Source: a virus
IMG/VR virus record: IMGVR_UViG_3300021364_000008
Coordinates: 1-64,000 of that record
Strand: one strand, 5' to 3'
DNA length: 64,000 bases
The notes under the pieces are model-generated. The model had not been told where the DNA came from. It saw only the letters and a program-made list of their open reading frames with translations, and searched no databases. Shown here piece by piece: positions 57,256 to 64,000 of the stretch. The translations under genes and the position numbers were made by a program. The number at the start of each line of letters is the position of its first letter. Within the stretch, counting starts at the first letter, position 1.

Positions 57256-60162
57256 ATGTCTGGAATATTTGGTCTTTCTGCTTATAACGATCAAAACTTA
57301 GCAGGTCTTATACCAGATAAGACCAGAGAATCCTTTAGGGAGTATGGGTATTTTGGAGGTGGAAATGCTCCAGGAAATGTATCAACAGTAGACCGAATAG
57401 ATTACTCTAACGACACAGCAACAGCATCAGTTAGAGGTCCATTAGATATTATTAAAAGAAATGTGGAAGCAACAGGAAACTCTAACTTTGGTTATTTTGG
57501 TGGAAGTTTACCACTAAGATCAACAGTAGACCGCATAGATTACTCTAACGACACAGCAACAGCATCAGTTAGAGGTCCATTAAGTCAAGAAAAATATTCT
57601 TCTTCTGCATCTGGAAATTCAAATTTCGGTTGGTTTACTGGAGGACATACAAATGACAATATAATAGATATTAATTTTTCAATTTCAACAATAGATCGTA
57701 TTGATTATTCAAATGATTTATCTACTGCTTCTATAAGAGGAAATTTAAATCAAAATAGAACTAATCATAGTATTGCTGGAAATTCAAATTATGGATGGAT
57801 TGCTGGAGGAAATCTTGCAGTAAATGATTCTCCATTTTTTACTTCTGTTGAAAGATTGGATTATTCAAATGATGTTTCATTAACATCATTTAGATCCACA
57901 TCAAATGATATATCAGGTCAAGGTAATAGTGCGACAGGAAATAATAATTTTGGATATTATCATAGAGCAAATTTTCCTGCAGGAACTAATAGAACAGATT
58001 TGCAGCGTATTGATTATTCTAATGATTTAATTAGTCCAACATTGAGAGGCAATTTAACTTTACTTATTACTGGTAGGGCAGCATCTGGAAACTCTAACTT
58101 TGGTTATTTTAGTGGTGGATCATTAGTTCCAGCAGGTTATGAGCCTAACTCTTCGGTTGAAAGAATAGATTATTCTAACGACACCACAATAGCATCAGTT
58201 AGAGGTCCATTATCTTCTGCAAGGTCTTCATTAGCAGCAACCTCCTCACACAGTTTCGGTGGATCTCCAATCTCACAATACGGAGTGTTTCCAAAACCTT
58301 TTGGGTATTTTGGAAATAATGCAAATTTTTCAAGATTTGATTTCTCAAATGATACATCAGCATCCGTAAGTAGAACATCAATTTCTGGAGTTGTACTTGT
58401 AGCAAAAGCAACAGGAAATTCAAATTATGCCTGGATTGGTGGAGGATTATTTTCAGTAAGTTCCAAAGTATATCGTTTTGATTATTCAAATGATAATGCT
58501 GGTGGAGTACAAAGAGGACCATTAAGTGCTGCAAGAGGATCTTTTGCAGCAACTGGAAATTATAACTTTGGATATTTTAGTGGTGGAATAGATCCTGGAG
58601 TCCCACCAAAGTATTCAATAGTAGACCGCATTGATTACTCAAATGATAATGTAACTGCTTTAAGAAGAGGTTCCCTGAGTGCAGTAAATTATAACCATAC
58701 TGGAGTTTCAAATTTAAGTTATGCTTACTTTATTGGTGGAGGTGATGGACCAACAACAAAAACTTGGGTAGAAAGAATCAATTATTCTAATGATAATGCC
58801 TCAACATCTTATAGATCACCATTACAAAATTCAAGACGACTTCTTGCATCTTCAGGGAATTCTAATTTTGCATATGTTTCTGGAGGAGATGTTGGTGGAG
58901 TAGTAAATTCTATTGTAGAACGAATTGATTATGCAAGTGATACTTCTGCAACAAGTATTCGTGGACCATTAAGTTTAGCAAGAGCTGGATTTGCAGGAAC
59001 AGGAAATTCTAATTTTGGTTATTTTGGTGGTGGTGGTGCTCCTGGACTAGTATCAACAGTAGACCGCATAGATTATTCCAATGATACTGCAACTGCAACT
59101 GCAAGAACTACAAATACTTTTAGTGATGTAGTAGATTATGGTATTTCTCCACTCACACCAAGCAGTGCATTCTCACCAGACCAACTAATTAGAGGAACAT
59201 CAAACACTGACTTCCAACCAACTTCAACATTCTTTGATATTCAGTCAATGAGAAGAATTGAAGATACTACAAATGAAAGTGTGAAGAAGAGAGTGTTGGG
59301 GTCTTATGGGTATTTTGGTGGTGGTTTAAGTCCAGATGTATCAACAGTAGAAAGAATTGATTATTCCAATGATAATTCTTCTGGTTTAATTAGAGGACCA
59401 CTATCTGGAATAAAAAGACAACCAACAGGAGTTGGAAATAATAATTTTGGTTATATAGTTGCTGGTGGAATTTCTTCACCATCATTCGTATCATTAATAG
59501 AAAGAATTGACTATTCAAATGATTCTGTAAATACATCTATAAGAGGAAATATTGATAGATCTGTGGTTTCTGCATTTTCGGTTGGAAATGAAAAATATGG
59601 GTATATTGCTGGTGGATTTTTATACAATTCAAGAGTCCAAAGAATAGATTATTCTAATGATAATTCAACACCGACTATTAAAGGATCTTTAAATAAATTG
59701 ACTGCTGGTGCTGGAGCAGCAGGAAATAACAATTTTGGGTATTTTGGTGGTGGTGGAGATGCGTCTATTTATACTTCTATAGTAGAAAGAATTAATTATT
59801 CTAATGATTCAATTAAACCTTCAATTAGAGGTCCATTAAGTTTAGCAAGAAGTAGATTGGGAGCAACAGGAAATAACAATTTTGGGTATTTTGGTGGAGG
59901 TAGAAGTTCTGTAGATACTTCAATTATAGAAAGAATAGATTATTCCAATGATACTGTATTAGCATCTGTAAGATCAAATTTAGTTTTACCATCATATGCA
60001 GTATCTTCTACAGGAAATTCAAACTTTGGATACTTTATTGGGTTTCCATTTTTTAGTACACATAGATTAGATTACAATAATGATACAAATAATACTATTC
60101 TAAGAGGCGCTTTATCAGCTGTAAGATATAGAGCAGCAACAACCAACGCAAGAAACTCCTAA
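57256..60162 (+). CDS. Kelch-like repeat protein 2 (3 x 6 blades)
   Basis: 18 repeats; same RESFREYGY start and TTNAR end as protein 1. Confidence 0.85.
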   Translation: MSGIFGLSAYNDQNLAGLIPDKTRESFREYGYFGGGNAPGNVSTVDRIDYSNDTATASVRGPLDIIKRNVEATGNSNFGYFGGSLPLRSTVDRIDYSNDTATASVRGPLSQEKYSSSASGNSNFGWFTGGHTNDNIIDINFSISTIDRIDYSNDLSTASIRGNLNQNRTNHSIAGNSNYGWIAGGNLAVNDSPFFTSVERLDYSNDVSLTSFRSTSNDISGQGNSATGNNNFGYYHRANFPAGTNRTDLQRIDYSNDLISPTLRGNLTLLITGRAASGNSNFGYFSGGSLVPAGYEPNSSVERIDYSNDTTIASVRGPLSSARSSLAATSSHSFGGSPISQYGVFPKPFGYFGNNANFSRFDFSNDTSASVSRTSISGVVLVAKATGNSNYAWIGGGLFSVSSKVYRFDYSNDNAGGVQRGPLSAARGSFAATGNYNFGYFSGGIDPGVPPKYSIVDRIDYSNDNVTALRRGSLSAVNYNHTGVSNLSYAYFIGGGDGPTTKTWVERINYSNDNASTSYRSPLQNSRRLLASSGNSNFAYVSGGDVGGVVNSIVERIDYASDTSATSIRGPLSLARAGFAGTGNSNFGYFGGGGAPGLVSTVDRIDYSNDTATATARTTNTFSDVVDYGISPLTPSSAFSPDQLIRGTSNTDFQPTSTFFDIQSMRRIEDTTNESVKKRVLGSYGYFGGGLSPDVSTVERIDYSNDNSSGLIRGPLSGIKRQPTGVGNNNFGYIVAGGISSPSFVSLIERIDYSNDSVNTSIRGNIDRSVVSAFSVGNEKYGYIAGGFLYNSRVQRIDYSNDNSTPTIKGSLNKLTAGAGAAGNNNFGYFGGGGDASIYTSIVERINYSNDSIKPSIRGPLSLARSRLGATGNNNFGYFGGGRSSVDTSIIERIDYSNDTVLASVRSNLVLPSYAVSSTGNSNFGYFIGFPFFSTHRLDYNNDTNNTILRGALSAVRYRAATTNARNS

Positions 60163-60189
60163 TAAATACCTCAAACAACCCACTACATA

Positions 60190-60813
60190 ATGAGACGCTC
60201 TATCATAATACTTGACGATTTCCACGAGAATCCACAAGAAGTCCGTAACTACGCAATATCTGCAGAGTACTCCAAAGAAGAAACTGCAACTTTTCCAGGA
60301 TCAAACTCAACAACAGGTTTCCAAGAAGACCTACTAAAATCAAAGATAGAATCAATTCTTCAAAGACCCATAAAACCCTCAAATACTTTTGGATACTTTA
60401 GATATTCTTGGGAAACATCCAATCAAGAAAATCCAAAACTCCAAAAAGTTCATGTTGATAATGGATGGGAGTTTGGTGGAGTTTGTTACTTATCAACACC
60501 AGAACAACTCAAAGATAATCCAGATTCGGGAACATTATTCACAAGACATAAGATCTTAAAGACAGACGCAACACCAAGAACCAAAGAAGAAGCAGAACTC
60601 TTTGGTTATACTCATTATGATGAGTTAAGACAATCAATCATTTATGGTGATGGATTAGACTTGGATAAGTGGGAGGTGTATGCTCGTTGTTTGCCTAAGT
60701 TCAATCGTTTAGTCTTATTCCGTGCTTGGATGTATCATAGTCATTTTGTAAATTTTGGTCCAAAAGATCCAGCACAAAGTCGTCTAGTTCAATTATTCTT
60801 TTTTAATACTTGA
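60190..60813 (+). CDS. DUF6445-like 2OG-Fe(II) oxygenase
   Basis: ILDDF..P, HVD, GVCYL, FNRLVLF..YHS, RLVQLFF. Confidence 0.78.
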   Translation: MRRSIIILDDFHENPQEVRNYAISAEYSKEETATFPGSNSTTGFQEDLLKSKIESILQRPIKPSNTFGYFRYSWETSNQENPKLQKVHVDNGWEFGGVCYLSTPEQLKDNPDSGTLFTRHKILKTDATPRTKEEAELFGYTHYDELRQSIIYGDGLDLDKWEVYARCLPKFNRLVLFRAWMYHSHFVNFGPKDPAQSRLVQLFFFNT

Positions 60814-60815
60814 TT

Positions 60816-61661
60816 ATGCACTATTCATACTATTTTATGTCTGGGTTGCCCAGGAGTGGTTCTACACTCTTAAGATCCATATTAAATCAAAATGAGTCCA
60901 TATACAGTGGACCAATCTCACCATCAGTAGAACTCCTCTACTACACAGACAAATACTTTCAATCCAGTGAGATGTTACTTGCATCACCAAATCCTCAAGG
61001 TTGTTATGATGTTCTATCCAATATGATGGATCACTTCTATCATAATATAATGGAGAAAGAAGGTAAATCAAAAATCATAGAATTCAATAGAGCAATTCCA
61101 AATAACATTGAACGATTTAGAACTTATATTAAAGATGATGTAAGAATTGTATGTCCTGTAAGAAGTATACCAGAAATCCTTGCAAGTTTTATTAGTTTGA
61201 TTCACAAAAATAGTGATAAGGTTTCATTTGTGGATCAGTATTTGATTGATAAAGGTATTGAAGTGAATGATGATACTCGTTGTGATTACTTGATGAGTGA
61301 TTATGGTATTGTCGGTCAGGCATTATTTGCGATGAGTCGTCCATATTTGAGAAACGAACAGAGTCTATTGAAGATCGTTGAGTATGATGACCTTGTAGAG
61401 AATACTGATAAAGTAATGGAAGAGATCTATGACTTCTGGGGATTAGAGAAGTATTCGCATAGCTATGAGAACTTAGAGAATACTTATCCAGAGAATGATA
61501 TTTTTCAGTATAATTTAGATGGGATGCATACGATTGGTAGAACAATTAAGAAGACTTGTAAGAAACCAGAAGAAGTCTTAAGTAAGGAGATCATTGAAAA
61601 GTATAGTGGTATGGAATTTTGGAGAACTGATTGTAGTAATAAGTATTATCTTACGATCTAA
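60816..61661 (+). CDS. Sulfotransferase family protein
   Basis: PAPS-binding SGLPRSGSTLL, CPVR..ILAS, VEYDDLV. Confidence 0.88.
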   Translation: MHYSYYFMSGLPRSGSTLLRSILNQNESIYSGPISPSVELLYYTDKYFQSSEMLLASPNPQGCYDVLSNMMDHFYHNIMEKEGKSKIIEFNRAIPNNIERFRTYIKDDVRIVCPVRSIPEILASFISLIHKNSDKVSFVDQYLIDKGIEVNDDTRCDYLMSDYGIVGQALFAMSRPYLRNEQSLLKIVEYDDLVENTDKVMEEIYDFWGLEKYSHSYENLENTYPENDIFQYNLDGMHTIGRTIKKTCKKPEEVLSKEIIEKYSGMEFWRTDCSNKYYLTI

Positions 61662-61689
61662 TAAATAATCAATAAAGTGTCTAAAACTG

Positions 61690-64000
61690 ATGGCGGACAA
61701 TAAAAATATTCAAAAAGTGTTTGGTCTTAGTGATTATCGCAAACTTCAATTAACATCTAAAATACCTGAGAGAGGTAGAGAATCCTTCAGGGAGTATGGA
61801 TACTATTCAATGGGTGCTCCTTTTGGGCAACATGGTTTTACTAATGTCTATCGGTTAGATTTTACAAATGATACTAATATATTAAATATTCATAATTATT
61901 TAAATATTAGACGCAGTTTAGCAGCAGCAGCAGGAAACTCTAACTCTGGATATTTTGGTGGTGGTTCTTTTGGACAATCAATATCATCAATAGAACGAAT
62001 AGACTATGCAAATGATGTTGCAACTCCATCATTTAGAGGTCCATTAAGTTTAGCAAGATCTAGATTAGCAGCAACAGGAAACTCCAATTTTGGTTATTTT
62101 GCTGGGGGAATGATTTCAGAATCATCTAATAATACATCAAGAACAGATAGAATTAATTATTCAAATGATTTAGCAACTGCAGCAATAAGAGGTCCATTAT
62201 CATTCGCCAGGCAATCGGTGGGTGCAGCATTTTCTAATAGTAAATATGGTTATTTTACTGGGGGGTCATTAGTACAATATTATGCTCCAGTATTTTCTAC
62301 AATTGAAAGAATAGATTATTCCAATGATATTTTTTTACCATCAATTAGGGGTCCTTTAAGTTCTGCAAGAAGATACGCAGCAGGAATTGGAAATTTAAAT
62401 TATGGATATTCTGGTGGAGGAAGAAATACTCCAGCCAATGCTATATCTTTAGTAGATCGCATTGATTACTCAAATGATACGGCACAATCAAGTCCAAGAG
62501 GTAATTTAGTCCGGGCAAGAACTAATCTTGGTGCAACAGGAAATTCTAATTTTGCTTGGTTTATGGGTGGATTTTCCTCAATGATTGATAGAGTAGATTA
62601 TGCAAATGATACAATAACTTCAACAAGTAGAGGAAGATTAGATAGTAGTTTATATGGCGGACAAGCAACCTCCTCACACAGTTTCGGTGGATCTCCAAAC
62701 TCTTCATTTGCCTCTAACTTTACATTTCCTACTGTTCCTAATGCTGGGTATTTTGGTGGTGGTACTATTCCAGGACCAGCAGTAACAGCAAGTATTGATA
62801 AAGTAGATTATGCAAATGATACAGCAACTGCAAGTGTTCGTAGTGCTTTGAGTGTTGCAAGAAACTCAATTGGTTCTATTGGTAATAATTCTTTTGGTTA
62901 TTTTGCTGGTGGATTTATTCCAAGTCCAGCAACATTTTCAACAATAGATCGCATAGAATATTCAAGTGATACACAAAACACAATAACAAGAGGTCCATTA
63001 AGTTCTTCTAAAGGACAAATATCTGGTACAGGAAACTCAAACTTTGGTTATTTTGGTGGTGGTACTCCTGGACCAAGATCAACAGTAGACCGCATAGACT
63101 ACTCTAACGACTCAGCAACAGTAAGTGTTAGAGGTCCATTAAGTTTAGCAAAAAGATATTTTTCAACATTAAGTAATTTTAATTTTGGTTATAATTGCGG
63201 TGGTTATGTTCCTGCCGGAAATGCATCAAATGTAGACCGCATAGATTACTCCAATGATACAGCAACAGCATTAGCAAGAGGACCACTACAATCAGTATCA
63301 TCACATACAAGCGGAGGTGCAGGAAATATTAATTTTGGTTATGCATTTAATGGAATTTTTGGTGGAGATAGATCAATTATAAATCGCATAGATTATTCTA
63401 ACGATACTCAAACAGCATCAGTAAGAGGTCCTTTAAGTACATATTCTGCATTTAGAGCGATGACTGGAAGTTCCAGTTTTGGATATGTTGGTGGTGGTGA
63501 TGCAATATCAACAATAGACCGTATCAACTTCTCAAACGATACTGCAATCGCACAAGTAAGAGGACCACTACCAGTTGCTAAAAGTAGTGGAGCAGCAACC
63601 TCACCACTTGCTTATGGTGGTGCTCCAATTTATTTCACCAATCCACTTCCACAAGTCTTCCAGGACCAGATTGAGTTTGATGATTCTAATACACTTGATT
63701 TACCATTTAAGAGAGTGTTGGGGTCTTATGGGTATTTTGGTGGAGGTTCTTCTATTCTAAGTAGAATAGATTTTTCAAATGATTTAGCAACTTCATCAAG
63801 TAGATCTGTTGTTGTGATTACTAGTGATGAAGCATATGCAGGAACTGGGAATAATAATTTTGGTTATTTTGGTGGTGGGTATTTTTCTGCATTGGGAACT
63901 TCTACAGTAGGAAGAGTTGATTATTCTAATGATAATGCTATTTGTTCTATAAGAGGACCACTTACAACATCACTACGATTACAATCTGCATCAGGTACAA
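61690..64000 (+). CDS. Kelch-like repeat protein 3 (runs off window; absent from ORF track)
   Basis: ATG 61690 after ATAAATA; MADNKNIQKVFGLS..RESFREYGY; two 6-blade modules plus start of a third. Confidence 0.85.
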   Translation, partial: MADNKNIQKVFGLSDYRKLQLTSKIPERGRESFREYGYYSMGAPFGQHGFTNVYRLDFTNDTNILNIHNYLNIRRSLAAAAGNSNSGYFGGGSFGQSISSIERIDYANDVATPSFRGPLSLARSRLAATGNSNFGYFAGGMISESSNNTSRTDRINYSNDLATAAIRGPLSFARQSVGAAFSNSKYGYFTGGSLVQYYAPVFSTIERIDYSNDIFLPSIRGPLSSARRYAAGIGNLNYGYSGGGRNTPANAISLVDRIDYSNDTAQSSPRGNLVRARTNLGATGNSNFAWFMGGFSSMIDRVDYANDTITSTSRGRLDSSLYGGQATSSHSFGGSPNSSFASNFTFPTVPNAGYFGGGTIPGPAVTASIDKVDYANDTATASVRSALSVARNSIGSIGNNSFGYFAGGFIPSPATFSTIDRIEYSSDTQNTITRGPLSSSKGQISGTGNSNFGYFGGGTPGPRSTVDRIDYSNDSATVSVRGPLSLAKRYFSTLSNFNFGYNCGGYVPAGNASNVDRIDYSNDTATALARGPLQSVSSHTSGGAGNINFGYAFNGIFGGDRSIINRIDYSNDTQTASVRGPLSTYSAFRAMTGSSSFGYVGGGDAISTIDRINFSNDTAIAQVRGPLPVAKSSGAATSPLAYGGAPIYFTNPLPQVFQDQIEFDDSNTLDLPFKRVLGSYGYFGGGSSILSRIDFSNDLATSSSRSVVVITSDEAYAGTGNNNFGYFGGGYFSALGTSTVGRVDYSNDNAICSIRGPLTTSLRLQSASGT

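Noticed and set aside
63575-63760. 61-aa ORF near the window end
   Set aside because: Out-of-frame shadow inside the unterminated Kelch-like gene starting at 61690.
51736-64000. CRISPR array or non-coding tandem repeats
   Set aside because: Repeats are in-frame and degenerate at synonymous positions within long ORFs; no cas genes are present.
51736-64000. Diversity-generating retroelement
   Set aside because: No reverse transcriptase in the window, and no template/variable pair differing only at adenines was seen. One elsewhere in the genome cannot be excluded.

Overview
AT-rich, almost entirely + strand segment of a T4-like cyanomyovirus (probably freshwater). It has four parts. (1) 1-24.5 kb: replication/nucleotide core (gp62, regA, hsp20, gp43, uvsX, gp41, mazG, gp61, nrdA, nrdB) plus capsid-internal-type proteins. 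(2) 24.5-32.7 kb: homing endonuclease genes (HEGs), cell-wall enzymes, six tRNAs and several structured RNAs. (3) 32.7-43.5 kb: glycan-synthesis island, SLH/porin-like gene, hli, lysozyme. (4) 43.6-64 kb: late fibre/structural genes ending in three paralogous Kelch-like proteins (two complete with 3x6 blades, the third cut by the window end) interleaved with glycosyltransferases, 2OG-oxygenase-like proteins and a sulfotransferase. Four replication/recombination genes are in pieces around HEGs or an HEG remnant. uvsX carries a conventional split intein and gp41 an atypical one with a 16-aa N-fragment. gp43 and nrdA are split with no intein but have added helical or oppositely charged tails. Other highlights: HEG starts sit behind hairpins with a late promoter at the loop; nrdB's old 3' end is stranded downstream of an HEG cassette; a GIY-YIG gene sits inside a structured ncRNA; an ADP-ribosyltransferase-like protein carries a T4-type capsid-targeting sequence; and the propeller/modification locus shows shared DNA junction blocks and a sawtooth C/G skew. 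All assignments come from motif recognition by eye; no searches were run.
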